This document shows positions 10,710 to 20,012 of a stretch of 64,000 nt of DNA, in pieces. The notes beneath the pieces are model-generated. The model saw only the letters and a list, made by a program, of their open reading frames with translations, was not told the origin of the DNA and made no database searches. How positions within the stretch are numbered: the stretch's first letter is position 1; every line of letters begins with the position of its first letter. The translations under genes and the position numbers were made by a program. The DNA is from an uncultured Lachnospiraceae bacterium (GTDB lineage Bacteria > Bacillota > Clostridia > Lachnospirales > Lachnospiraceae): the NCBI GenBank assembly GCA_910576815.1, contig CAJTKA010000018.1, forward strand, positions 5,485 to 69,484. Reading direction: 5' to 3'.

Positions 10710-10781
10710 ATTTTTATCCTCCATATCATATATCTTTTTATATAGCGGGGTGCCCCTTCTGCCGAGAATTGGCCTAAACAA

Positions 10782-10810
10782 ATTATAGAGATTTGACTAC
10801 AGGATGTCAA
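10782..10810 (-). promoter_or_regulatory. consensus sigma-A promoter with TTGAC-N8-GTCAA palindrome overlapping -35
   Basis: minus strand TTGACA-17 bp-TATAAT. Confidence 0.8.
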
Positions 10811-11421
10811 TAGTCTATATCCGGTTTTTTTCCTTCTATTTCCAGTGTAACAAGAAAAATAAGCAACCCTATTATTAAGAAGGAAAGACCTTTGTATAAT
10901 ATTTTTTTCTCGTTTTTCAAATCGACAATCTTAATTTGATAATAAGAAGATACTGATTTGTTAATCTTAGATTTATTTTCTGTCCCTAAGCATTTTGCAA
11001 TCATTTCATAATCTAATGGATAAGCTAATTTTTCAAATTTGCCAAATATATGGTAGCTTTCGTCACCATAGCTTGTTTTACTAAACTTTTTAATATATTT
11101 ATCCGTAACAACTAGTGGAACATAATAATTTGACTTTTCATTTATAGAAACGATATAGGTCTGTTTCGCAATATAACCAAACTCGGCACAATAAGGACCA
11201 TATCCAGTCGAACCGTCAGGATTCGTATAATAGCTTCCTATCAGATTTTCCTTTGATATATCATATTCGATATATCGCCCCTTTTTTATTTCGAACTTAT
11301 TGTAGGATTCTTTGATATTTGCTAGATTGTATCTGATTATAATCCCCTGTATTGTAAAGATAGCGCCAATAATACAAAGGAAACAACCCAAAACGCTCAT
11401 TTTTGAAAGTATGTACCGCAT
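10807..11421 (-). CDS. hypothetical membrane protein with two terminal TM helices (possible immunity/accessory)
   Basis: GGAGG SD before MRYILSK; N- and C-terminal hydrophobic helices; lies in bacteriocin locus. Confidence 0.6.
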   Translation of the reverse strand: MRYILSKMSVLGCFLCIIGAIFTIQGIIIRYNLANIKESYNKFEIKKGRYIEYDISKENLIGSYYTNPDGSTGYGPYCAEFGYIAKQTYIVSINEKSNYYVPLVVTDKYIKKFSKTSYGDESYHIFGKFEKLAYPLDYEMIAKCLGTENKSKINKSVSSYYQIKIVDLKNEKKILYKGLSFLIIGLLIFLVTLEIEGKKPDIDY

Positions 11422-11589
11422 TCTTCCTCCTTGTTTTTCAGCAACTCTATTCATCAAACCGTGCCCACACATAAGCCCTGGTATTTACCTAATTGGAAAA
11501 CTTTTCGGTATTCATTGACCTCATAGTTCTTTCTGTTCATATATCTTTTTATATAGCTCGGCTTCTTTGGCTAAAAGAGACTTAAATAA

Positions 11590-11618
11590 ATTATAGGAAA
11601 TTGACTACTAGCCGTCAA
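11590..11618 (-). promoter_or_regulatory. sigma-A promoter paralogous to 10782-10810
   Basis: minus strand TTGACG-17 bp-TATAAT with the same TTGAC-N8-GTCAA palindrome. Confidence 0.7.
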
Positions 11619-11740
11619 CTTCTATGTTCAAATTTTTTCGTGATTTATTATACTTAATGGGCGCAGTAATATCAATGACCGCATAAAATAAAATGAAATA
11701 GAAGAAGCGAAATTCGATGTGAGAAATGAAATGTGGGCAT

Positions 11741-12226
11741 TTATAGCCACAACGCTTCACTTAAGGCTTTTTGTGCCCTGACGTCTTCTAAGCATACCAT
11801 CTTTACCAACAGCCAGGCCCGTTCATCTTCTGTCATTTCCGTAAGTTTTTGTGCCGCGTGGGAATCCTGAACATTTTTAATGATCTCGCACAGACATTCT
11901 TCTTTGTACTTGGCGCTGTTCATGGCTTCCAGCCACGCCTGCCGTTTCTTTTCCAGTATTTCAAGAAGAGCTGCTTTCGCTGTTTTTCCATCCATGATCT
12001 GTTTGATTTCATCAAGAGAAAATCCCAATGCCTTTAATTCCAGCAGTGCATTTAACTGCTGCACCTGCTCTGCCGAATAGTAGCGATACCCATTGGCAGC
12101 GTCTGTTTTCACAGGCTTAATGATGCCCTTCTTTTCATATAAACGCATTGCTTTTCTGGAAACTCCAAAAAAATCTGCGATCTCACCAATCAGCATAAGG
12201 TCGTTTTTCATATTTTTCTTCTCCAA
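11741..12226 (-). CDS. MerR family transcriptional regulator
   Basis: IGEIADFFGVSRKAMRLYEKKGII...NGYRYY MerR HTH. Confidence 0.9.
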   Translation of the reverse strand: MEKKNMKNDLMLIGEIADFFGVSRKAMRLYEKKGIIKPVKTDAANGYRYYSAEQVQQLNALLELKALGFSLDEIKQIMDGKTAKAALLEILEKKRQAWLEAMNSAKYKEECLCEIIKNVQDSHAAQKLTEMTEDERAWLLVKMVCLEDVRAQKALSEALWL

Positions 12227-12260
12227 TCCCGAAAGACTCTTCAGTGCATCTTTCTTTTAT

Positions 12261-13286
12261 TTATTCTTCTAATGTTTCAAGAATCCTGTTTACACATACG
12301 GCGTTTGCTTTTAAGTTGTTTAGGCAGGTCATGAGCATCAGCGTGCCCGTTAAAATGGAACCCCTGACCTGAAAGCAGTAAACGATATCCGAAAATGCCA
12401 TGCGCCCATGATAAATAAATTGGTATCCGATCAACAGGATCATAAGATAGCCGCTGATTCCGAAGAAACACATACCCGCATCGCTGATTGCTTTTCTGAT
12501 ATGTGTTTTCATATTGATTTTCAACAGTTTTCTGCTGGTTTTGGCACAGTTTTTCATCATCAATTCCTGGGCAGCATATAACAGGATGGTGTCTGCGTCA
12601 GTCAGTAACGGCTTGATAGCGGAAGTATTCTCAGCCAAGGCTCTTTGCGATTCTTCCTTTAATTTGGGAATCGTTTTCAGCACAATCCGATCATTGATTA
12701 TAAATGGAGGAATCGCAGATATCCATGTGATCCCCAGAAAAAGCAGACTGCTTTTCTGCATCAAATAGCAGGACAATGTAATATTGATGACTGCGACAAT
12801 CAGATGGGGCATATTTAACGGACCGTTCATCATGGTAAAAGCCGTCTGGATATCACTGTTTAGCCTTGTCATCCATTCACCGTTGAAACGGCTGTCTATC
12901 CGCTGAAGCGGCATACTTAACATTTTTTCAAACATCTTTTTTTGTAGAAGGATTTCTACTTTTGCAGAAAATGCCGCATATTTGGTCCATATGGTTCCAT
13001 TATAGACAAACAGCGCTGCGCATAGCAAGCCGTATATGACACAGTGTTTCAAAAGTGCGTCGGCATCATTCCTTTCCAGATAACCAAAAACGGATTTCAT
13101 TAAATTTGCACACAGGCAGGTCATGAGAGCATCGAACGGAGACCGCAGCAAAAGTAAGAACAGATATTTACGCCAAATGCCTATCTTGCTGATCAATTTT
13201 CTAAGAGCACCCACGAGCCATCCTGCCTCCTTCCATACGATAGATGGTATAGCTGTCGTCCAAAGTTTCCAGGTGATGGGTGACAT
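12261..13286 (-). CDS. ABC exporter stand-alone transmembrane domain (start probably GTG near 13214)
   Basis: multiple TM segments, GEWMTRLNSD motif, no NBD. Confidence 0.75.
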   Translation of the reverse strand: MSPITWKLWTTAIPSIVWKEAGWLVGALRKLISKIGIWRKYLFLLLLRSPFDALMTCLCANLMKSVFGYLERNDADALLKHCVIYGLLCAALFVYNGTIWTKYAAFSAKVEILLQKKMFEKMLSMPLQRIDSRFNGEWMTRLNSDIQTAFTMMNGPLNMPHLIVAVINITLSCYLMQKSSLLFLGITWISAIPPFIINDRIVLKTIPKLKEESQRALAENTSAIKPLLTDADTILLYAAQELMMKNCAKTSRKLLKINMKTHIRKAISDAGMCFFGISGYLMILLIGYQFIYHGRMAFSDIVYCFQVRGSILTGTLMLMTCLNNLKANAVCVNRILETLEE

Positions 13287-13854
13287 GGATCACGGTCCTG
13301 CCATCTGTTAATTTGCGCAGGGCATCCAGAACGGAATGCCCGGTATCCTGATCCAGTGCCGAAATTGGCTCATCCAGCAAAATGACAGGGGCATCCTTAC
13401 AAAGTGCTCTGGCGATTTGGATTCTCTGCGCCTGCCCGCCTGATACCTGATTTCCCCGTTCCCCTACATTGGTGTCCAGCCCGTTCGGAAGGTGTTCGAT
13501 CCACTTTGTAAGACTTGCATTTTCGCAGGCCGCTCGGACTGCTTCATCTGTAATCGGGTGACCGCAGGTAATATTATCTCTTATGGATAATGGGAAAAGG
13601 CTGTTACTTTGCATCACAAGCGATACCTGCTTTCTTATCTTCTCAAGGCTATGTTCACCCGCTATGACAGCCGTTCCTTGATCAGGCGCATAAAGACCCG
13701 CAAGGATTTTAAGCAGCGTACTTTTGCCGCATCCGCTGTCTCCGACGATACCGATGTGTTCACCGGGGTTGGCCCTGAGAGATAAGTTATTTATCACCAT
13801 ATGATTCCCATAAGAAAAGGAAATATTTTCTAAGTAAACTGCGTATGGAAACAT
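13201..13854 (-). CDS. ABC exporter ATP-binding protein
   Basis: GDSGCGKST, VSGGQAQR, LLDEP. Confidence 0.9.
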   Translation of the reverse strand: MFPYAVYLENISFSYGNHMVINNLSLRANPGEHIGIVGDSGCGKSTLLKILAGLYAPDQGTAVIAGEHSLEKIRKQVSLVMQSNSLFPLSIRDNITCGHPITDEAVRAACENASLTKWIEHLPNGLDTNVGERGNQVSGGQAQRIQIARALCKDAPVILLDEPISALDQDTGHSVLDALRKLTDGRTVIHVTHHLETLDDSYTIYRMEGGRMARGCS

Positions 13855-14792
13855 AATTTTCCCTCCAATCTGTCAGCAGAGGCACGAAATCGTCTGAAAG
13901 AGGCATAGATTCCCGGCATATTCTGCAGGAAGCCGGAAATACTTCCCGACAGATTGATAAAGATATAAAAAGTCCCCAGGCTGATTTCTCCGTGAATCAC
14001 CATAGCTCCGCCGGATCCAAGCAATAACAGAAGGGGTACAAAGGAAAGCACGCCCGAAAGAGACATCAGTTTGGCTGTGATTCGTTCCTTCTTAACGGCT
14101 GCCTTACCCCATTGAGAAAGCGCCTCCTCCATAGAGCCTTTGATCAGCTGACAGGCGTCGTAGATCTGAATGATTGGAAATAATCCCAAAATCATGTCAG
14201 CCAATCCGTTGATTTTTTGTTTGCTGTTTTGGCATTGCCGTGTCTCGTTTTGAATGATCTTGCTGGAAAAGGAGCAATAGGCAATCAGCGGGAGCACGGG
14301 AACGACAGAAAGCAGAGTCAATTTTAAGTTCTGACAAAGCAGAAATAAAACCGTGACGACAAACGCACCAAACTGTTTCATCAGAGGAAAAAGACTTTCC
14401 GTCAAATAAGCAGAGATTTCCTGCAGCTCATTTTGCATGGTGGACTGTTCTTCTCCCACATTGAGCTTTGAAATGGTTCGCGGATCACTTTGTAAATAAG
14501 ATTTTGCATAACCCATCCGCAGCTCATGTGCAAACATTTCGCAGGTATAGGAGGAAAGAAACAATGAAGCAAATTCGCTGATCGTGTGGATCAAAACGAC
14601 TAATATTCCAAGGGTAAAAAAGACAGCCGTTTCCTTCTTGAAAGAAAAGAAATCTGCATTTCCAAGCAGATCCAGCAGCTGTGCCAAAAATTTGTTCCAG
14701 CATAAATTGATAATGACAGACAGGAAGGTGAACAGAACTGCCATCATAAAAAGGATTTTGTGTAATTTGATCAGCTGCTTTAACAGTTTCAT
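13830..14792 (-). CDS. ABC exporter stand-alone transmembrane domain
   Basis: multiple TM segments, GEISLGTF near C-terminus; AGGAG SD. Confidence 0.8.
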   Translation of the reverse strand: MKLLKQLIKLHKILFMMAVLFTFLSVIINLCWNKFLAQLLDLLGNADFFSFKKETAVFFTLGILVVLIHTISEFASLFLSSYTCEMFAHELRMGYAKSYLQSDPRTISKLNVGEEQSTMQNELQEISAYLTESLFPLMKQFGAFVVTVLFLLCQNLKLTLLSVVPVLPLIAYCSFSSKIIQNETRQCQNSKQKINGLADMILGLFPIIQIYDACQLIKGSMEEALSQWGKAAVKKERITAKLMSLSGVLSFVPLLLLLGSGGAMVIHGEISLGTFYIFINLSGSISGFLQNMPGIYASFRRFRASADRLEGKLCFHTQFT

Positions 14793-14850
14793 AACAGTTC
14801 TCCTGCTTCTCTTTGGGGGATTGGCGTGACTTTGAAAATTGTTTTTTACA

Positions 14851-14881
14851 AGTGTAAGCTATGTCCCAGGGGCAGGGTCAA
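14851..14881 (-). promoter_or_regulatory. MerR-type promoter with 19-bp spacer and dyad
   Basis: minus strand TTGACC-19 bp-TACACT; spacer contains imperfect dyad TGCCCC-T-GGGACA. Confidence 0.75.
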
Positions 14882-14965
14882 GCAGGAAAACACATTCTTG
14901 TGCTAAAAAATGCAATATTTGTTGCAAAGAGATTGACAAAATAGTAAGAATCCGTAAAAATAGGA

Positions 14966-15008
14966 TTGACAAACGTCCGGGCAGGACATATACTTTGAAT
15001 GTCAAACT
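14966..15008 (+). promoter_or_regulatory. fab operon promoter with FabT-type operator
   Basis: TTGACA-17 bp-TATACT overlapped by ACTTTGAATGTCAAACT palindrome. Confidence 0.75.
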
Positions 15009-15038
15009 ATTTTATATGACGAAAAGGAGAACGGAGAA

Positions 15039-15272
15039 ATGTTAGAGAGAGTTATTGAGATCATTCAGGAGCAGTTAAACTTGGACGGTGTAGAAATCAC
15101 CGAGGAATCGTCTTTTAAAGAGGATCTGGGTGCGGATTCTCTGGATTTGTTTGAGCTGGTAATGGCTTTTGAGGAGGAGTACGGTGTGGAGATCCCTTCC
15201 GAAGATCTGGAGCAGATCACGACCGTAGGCGCTGTTGTAGAGTATATGAAAAGTAAAGGCGTTGAGGCGTAA
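15039..15272 (+). CDS. acpP: acyl carrier protein
   Basis: DLGADSLD phosphopantetheine motif. Confidence 0.95.
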   Translation: MLERVIEIIQEQLNLDGVEITEESSFKEDLGADSLDLFELVMAFEEEYGVEIPSEDLEQITTVGAVVEYMKSKGVEA

Positions 15273-15305
15273 GCTGCCGAGCGACGATCAGTTAGAGGAT
15301 ATCAA

Positions 15306-16235
15306 ATGAAGACGAAAATTACGGAGCTTTTGGGGATCGAATATCCGATCATCCAGGGCGGTATGGCATGGGTAGCTGAGTATCATCTGGCAGCGGCGGT
15401 GTCCGAGGCGGGTGGTCTTGGTATCATTGGCGCGGGCGGCGCGCCGGCATCCTTTGTCAGGGAGCAGATTCAGAAGACGAAGGAGCTGACAAAAAAGCCT
15501 TTTGGCGTCAATGTAATGCTGATGAATCCCGAGGCGGACGAGATCGCGAAAGTGATCGTCGACGAGGGCGTGCAAGTGGTAACGACTGGTGCAGGTAATC
15601 CGGGCAAGTATTTGGCTGACTGGAAAGCTGCGGGCATTAAGGTGGCGCCCGTGGTTGCAAGTGTGGCACTGGCAAAAATGATGGAGCGTGCCGGGGTTGA
15701 CGCAGTGATCGCGGAGGGTACGGAATCCGGCGGCCATATCGGTTCGGCGACGACCATGACGCTTGTGCCCCAGGTGGTGGATGCGGTGAGCATTCCCGTG
15801 ATCGCGGCAGGCGGCATTGCAGACGGCAGAGGATTTGCCGCGGCGATGATGCTGGGCGCGGAGGCGGTGCAGATGGGCACCCGTTTTGTGGTGGCGAAAG
15901 AGTCCATCGTACATGAAAATTATAAGAAAAAAATCCTGGCGGCGAAGGATATTGACTCTGAGGTAACGGGTACGACCCACGGTCATCCGGTGCGCCAGAT
16001 CCGCAACAATATGACCAGAGAGTACATAAAGCTTGAGAAGGCAGGAGCGCCGTTCGAGGAGCTGGAGCATCTGACGCTGGGTGCGCTGCGTAAGGCTGTT
16101 GTAGAGGGCGATACCGTGAACGGTACGCTGATGGCAGGCCAGATCGCAGGCATGATCAAGGAGGAGATGACCTGTGCGGAGATGATCCATGAGATCATGG
16201 AGCAGGCAGAGTCTCTCTTGCAGGGCAGGGCTTAA
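15306..16235 (+). CDS. fabK: enoyl-ACP reductase II
   Basis: YPIIQGGMAWVA, EGTESGGHIG, MAGQIAG; fab context. Confidence 0.92.
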   Translation: MKTKITELLGIEYPIIQGGMAWVAEYHLAAAVSEAGGLGIIGAGGAPASFVREQIQKTKELTKKPFGVNVMLMNPEADEIAKVIVDEGVQVVTTGAGNPGKYLADWKAAGIKVAPVVASVALAKMMERAGVDAVIAEGTESGGHIGSATTMTLVPQVVDAVSIPVIAAGGIADGRGFAAAMMLGAEAVQMGTRFVVAKESIVHENYKKKILAAKDIDSEVTGTTHGHPVRQIRNNMTREYIKLEKAGAPFEELEHLTLGALRKAVVEGDTVNGTLMAGQIAGMIKEEMTCAEMIHEIMEQAESLLQGRA

Positions 16236-16249
16236 TAGAATATTTTGGC

Positions 16250-16281
16250 GGAGAATGCCAACAGTTGGCATTCTCCTTTTT
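16250..16281 (+). terminator. putative intrinsic terminator after fabK
   Basis: GGAGAATGCCAA-cag-TTGGCATTCTCC followed by TTTTT. Confidence 0.55.
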
Positions 16282-16292
16282 CTAAACTAAAT

Positions 16293-16309
16293 ACTTTGAA
16301 ATTCAAACT
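16293..16309 (+). promoter_or_regulatory. second FabT-type operator upstream of fabD
   Basis: ACTTTGAAATTCAAACT, near-identical to 14992-15008. Confidence 0.7.
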
Positions 16310-16340
16310 AATTGAAGCAATCGGAATGGAGGAAGGTTTT

Positions 16341-17258
16341 ATGGGTAAAATTGCTTTTATGTTCCCAGGACAGGGAGCACAGTATGTGGGGATGGGTAAA
16401 GATTTTTACGAGCAGATCCCAGTCTGTAAAGAGATGTTTGAGCTGGCGGGCAAGGCAAGTGGGCTGGATGTGGCGGCTCTCTGCTTTGAGGAAAATGAGC
16501 AGATCAACATTACGGAGTACACGCAGATCGCTATGCTGGCAGCAGAGGTAGCGATGTTAAAGGCTGTCGAGGAGAAAGGCGTGAAGCCCGATGTGACAGG
16601 GGGACTCAGCTTAGGCGAGTACGGCGCTCTGGTGGCAAGCGGCGTGATGAGTCCTGAGGATGTCTTTCAGATCGTGAGAAAGCGCGGCATCTATATGCAG
16701 GAGGCGGTGCCAAACGGCGGCGCGATGGTGGCGGTACTGGGTCTGGATACGGCAGTGATTGAAAAGATTTGTGAGGAGACTCCCGGGATGGTGACGATCG
16801 CAAATTATAACTGCCCCGGTCAGATCGTGATTACAGGCGAGGAGACTGCGGCGCAGGCGGCAGTGGAGAAACTGACGGCAGCAGGCGCTAAGCGGTGTGT
16901 GACTTTGAATGTGAGCGGCCCCTTCCATTCTCCGCTGCTTGTGGGTGCAGGAGAGAAATTAGCGAAAGAACTTGAAAATGTGGAAATCCATGATATCGCC
17001 ATTCCTTACATTGCCAATGTGACGGCGGATTATGTGAAGGACAAGGCGGATGTAAAGCCGCTTTTGGAGAAGCAGGTTTCCTCCTCCGTGAAGTGGCAGC
17101 AGACCGTGGAGCGGATGATCGCGGACGGTGTGGACACGTTCGTGGAAATCGGACCGGGCAAGACGCTTTCCGGATTTATGCGTAAGATCAACAAGGAGAT
17201 GAAGGTCATCAATATCGAGAAGGTGGAGGATTTGGAGAAACTTTCTGGTTTGTGCTGA
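16341..17258 (+). CDS. fabD: malonyl-CoA:ACP transacylase
   Basis: FPGQGAQ, GLSLGEY, VSGPFHS, EIGPG. Confidence 0.95.
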   Translation: MGKIAFMFPGQGAQYVGMGKDFYEQIPVCKEMFELAGKASGLDVAALCFEENEQINITEYTQIAMLAAEVAMLKAVEEKGVKPDVTGGLSLGEYGALVASGVMSPEDVFQIVRKRGIYMQEAVPNGGAMVAVLGLDTAVIEKICEETPGMVTIANYNCPGQIVITGEETAAQAAVEKLTAAGAKRCVTLNVSGPFHSPLLVGAGEKLAKELENVEIHDIAIPYIANVTADYVKDKADVKPLLEKQVSSSVKWQQTVERMIADGVDTFVEIGPGKTLSGFMRKINKEMKVINIEKVEDLEKLSGLC

Positions 17259-17318
17259 TGCTCAATCGACAAAGCAATTTGCGGATGGTAATGAAAGAAA
17301 ATAATTAGGAGGACAGAT

Positions 17319-18059
17319 ATGTTTACAGGAAAAGTAGCGCTCGTGACGGGCGCGGGCCGCGGTATCGGGCGGGAGATTGCGCTGACGCTGGCGGAATACG
17401 GCGCGGATGTGATCGTGAATTACAACGGTTCCAAAGAGAAAGCAGAGGAGGTCGTTTCTCAGATCGAGGCAATGGGAAGAAAGGCGGCGGCAGTGCAGTG
17501 CAGCGTGTCGGATCACGAGGCCTGCGGGAAGATGATAACCGATATGCTGGCTGCGTTTGGACATATTGACATTTTAGTGAACAATGCGGGTATTACCAGA
17601 GACAATCTGATGATCAAGATGACGGAGGAAGATTTCGACGCGGTCATCGATACCAACCTGAAAGGGACGTTCAATACCATTAAGCATATGTACCGTCCTT
17701 TCTTGAAGCAGAAGGCGGGCAGGATCATCAATCTATCTTCTGTGTCGGGAGTGCTTGGTAATGCGGGACAGGCTAATTATGCGGCGTCCAAGGCGGGTGT
17801 GATTGGGCTGACAAAGTCCATGGCGAGAGAACTTGCGAGCAGGAATATCACGGTCAACGCGGTGGCGCCGGGCTTTATCGATACGGATATGACGCAGGCC
17901 ATGACGGATGCGGCAAAAGAGGCGACCCTTTCGCAGATTCCCTTAAAGAGAGTGGGAACGACGAAAGATATTGCGGAGACGGTGGCGTTTCTTGCAAGCG
18001 ATAAGGCGGGATATATCACCGGGCAGGTGATTTCTGTCGATGGAGGAATGGCGATTTGA
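17319..18059 (+). CDS. fabG: 3-oxoacyl-ACP reductase
   Basis: [21 protein letters not shown]. Confidence 0.95.
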   Translation: MFTGKVALVTGAGRGIGREIALTLAEYGADVIVNYNGSKEKAEEVVSQIEAMGRKAAAVQCSVSDHEACGKMITDMLAAFGHIDILVNNAGITRDNLMIKMTEEDFDAVIDTNLKGTFNTIKHMYRPFLKQKAGRIINLSSVSGVLGNAGQANYAASKAGVIGLTKSMARELASRNITVNAVAPGFIDTDMTQAMTDAAKEATLSQIPLKRVGTTKDIAETVAFLASDKAGYITGQVISVDGGMAI

Positions 18060-18075
18060 TTTTTGACAATGCGAC

Positions 18076-18209
18076 GCTTGGACGAGATCATATTCTGCGT
18101 CGCCGCGCTCTCGCTCCGTGAAAAACGCAGCGGATACTAGGCTCGTGAAAACCTCGCCAAGTACCGGCGCTTTTCAAGGGGCTCCTTGAGAATATGATCT
18201 CATCCAAGC
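18076..18209. repeat. 134-bp intergenic element with 21-bp terminal inverted repeats (MITE/REP-like)
   Basis: GCTTGGACGAGATCATATTCT vs AGAATATGATCTCATCCAAGC (20/21 complementary). Confidence 0.6.
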
Positions 18210-18265
18210 TGTGTATCGGGAAAAGAAACATTACAAATATGTCAATAATAAAAAGGAGTTTGAGT

Positions 18266-19501
18266 ATGAGCAGACGAGTAGTAGTAACAGGTATGGGTGC
18301 AATCACGCCGATTGGTCTGAGTGTAAACGAATTTTGGGCGGGGGTAAAGGAAGGAAAGATTGGTTTTGCCCCGATCACGAAGTTTGACGCTTCCGAGTTT
18401 AAGTGTAAACTGGCGGCGGAAGTCAAGGATTTTGACGGCAAGAATTACATGGATTTTAAGGCGGCCAAGAGAATGGAGCCGTTTTCTCAGTATGCGGTGG
18501 CGGCGGCGAAGGAAGCGCTGGAAGACGCAGGGATCGATATGGAGAAGGAAGATCCTTATCGCGTAGGCGTGGCGGTCGGTTCGGGCACGGGTTCGTTGCA
18601 GGCGATGGAGCGTTCTCACAGCAGACTGCTGGAAAAGGGGCCTTCCCGCATTGAGCCGCTCTTTGTGCCGCTCACCATCTCCAACATGGCGGCGGGCAAT
18701 GTGTCGATTCAGTTTGGATTAAAAGGAAAGAGCATCAATGTGGTGACGGCCTGTGCCACGGGAACAAACTCGATTGGTGAGGCGTTCCGTACCATTCAGT
18801 ATGGCGATGCGGAAGTGATGGTAGCGGGCGGCACCGAAGGCAGCGTATGTCCCATCGGTATCGGCGGCTTTTCCGCGCTGACGGCGCTGACCTCCTCCGA
18901 GGATCCTGGGCGCTGCTCGATTCCCTTTGATAAGGAGCGCAGCGGCTTTGTGATGGGCGAAGGCGCGGGCATCGTGGTGCTGGAGGAGTTAGAGCACGCG
19001 AAAGCAAGAGGCGCAAAGATTTACGCGGAGGTGGCGGGCTACGGCTGTTCTTCCGACGCATATCACATCACTTCTCCCGCGGAAGACGGTGCAGGCGCGG
19101 CCAAGGCAATGGAGTATGCGGTGAAAGACGCAGGCCTGAATTTAGACGATATTACGTATATCAATGCGCATGGAACCAGCACGCATCACAACGATTTGTT
19201 TGAGACGAGGGCAATCAAGCTGCTCTTTGGCGATCACGCGAAAAATATCAAGATCAATTCCACCAAGTCCATGGTAGGCCATCTTCTGGGTGCGGCAGGC
19301 GCGATCGAGTTTGTCACTTGCGTAAAGGAATTGCAGGAGGGCTATATCCATCGCACAGTCGGTTATCAGGTGCCGGACGAGGAGTGCGATCTGGACTACT
19401 GCAAAGAGGCCTGTGAGACGGATGTCGAGTATGCGCTTTCTAATTCGCTGGGCTTTGGCGGACACAATGCGAGCCTGGTCGTGAAGAAATACCACGAATA
19501 G
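18266..19501 (+). CDS. fabF: beta-ketoacyl-ACP synthase II
   Basis: VTACATG, NAHGTST, GHLLGAAG, SNSLGFGG. Confidence 0.95.
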   Translation: MSRRVVVTGMGAITPIGLSVNEFWAGVKEGKIGFAPITKFDASEFKCKLAAEVKDFDGKNYMDFKAAKRMEPFSQYAVAAAKEALEDAGIDMEKEDPYRVGVAVGSGTGSLQAMERSHSRLLEKGPSRIEPLFVPLTISNMAAGNVSIQFGLKGKSINVVTACATGTNSIGEAFRTIQYGDAEVMVAGGTEGSVCPIGIGGFSALTALTSSEDPGRCSIPFDKERSGFVMGEGAGIVVLEELEHAKARGAKIYAEVAGYGCSSDAYHITSPAEDGAGAAKAMEYAVKDAGLNLDDITYINAHGTSTHHNDLFETRAIKLLFGDHAKNIKINSTKSMVGHLLGAAGAIEFVTCVKELQEGYIHRTVGYQVPDEECDLDYCKEACETDVEYALSNSLGFGGHNASLVVKKYHE

Positions 19502-19513
19502 GAGGATTCAAAA

Positions 19514-19942
19514 ATGTCTTTAATGGGTGCGAAAGAAATCATGGAAATCATTCCTCACAGGCAGCCCTTTATGTTGATCGATACCATTGAGGAGCTGGAA
19601 GAAGGGAAACGGGTAGTGGCTAAAAAATGTGTGTCCTATAATGAACCTTTTTTTGCAGGGCACTTTCCGCAGGAGCCGGTGATGCCGGGCGTACTGATCG
19701 TGGAGGCGCTTGCGCAGACGGGCGCGGTGGCGATTTTAAGCCAGCCTGAGTTTAAGGGAAAGACCGCTTACTTTGCGGGAATCAACAATGCGAAATTTAA
19801 GGGCAAGGTCGTGCCGGGCGATGTGCTTACACTGGAGACCGAGATTGTAAAGATCAAGGGACCGATCGGCATGGGACAGGCGAAGGCTTATGTGGACGGG
19901 AAACTGGTGACGCAGGCGGAACTGACTTTTGCAATCGGATAA
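19514..19942 (+). CDS. fabZ: 3-hydroxyacyl-ACP dehydratase
   Basis: [27 protein letters not shown]. Confidence 0.95.
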   Translation: MSLMGAKEIMEIIPHRQPFMLIDTIEELEEGKRVVAKKCVSYNEPFFAGHFPQEPVMPGVLIVEALAQTGAVAILSQPEFKGKTAYFAGINNAKFKGKVVPGDVLTLETEIVKIKGPIGMGQAKAYVDGKLVTQAELTFAIG

Positions 19943-20012
19943 TAGTAAAGTTGCTTCGCAACTTAACTATGCGAGGATCTGCGATCCTCGGAATAGAGAA
20001 AGAGAGAAACGT

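Noticed and set aside
14839..15045. 68-aa ORF upstream of acpP
   Set aside because: Covers two divergent promoters and an operator; no SD or motif.
15288..16271. 327-aa antisense ORF over fabK (also 19854-21038 and 60852-61694)
   Set aside because: Shadow ORFs opposite well-supported genes; no recognisable motifs.
19948..19991. Two small hairpins between fabZ and the FabX-like gene
   Set aside because: Short, no U-tract, no second copy in the window; too little to call a feature.
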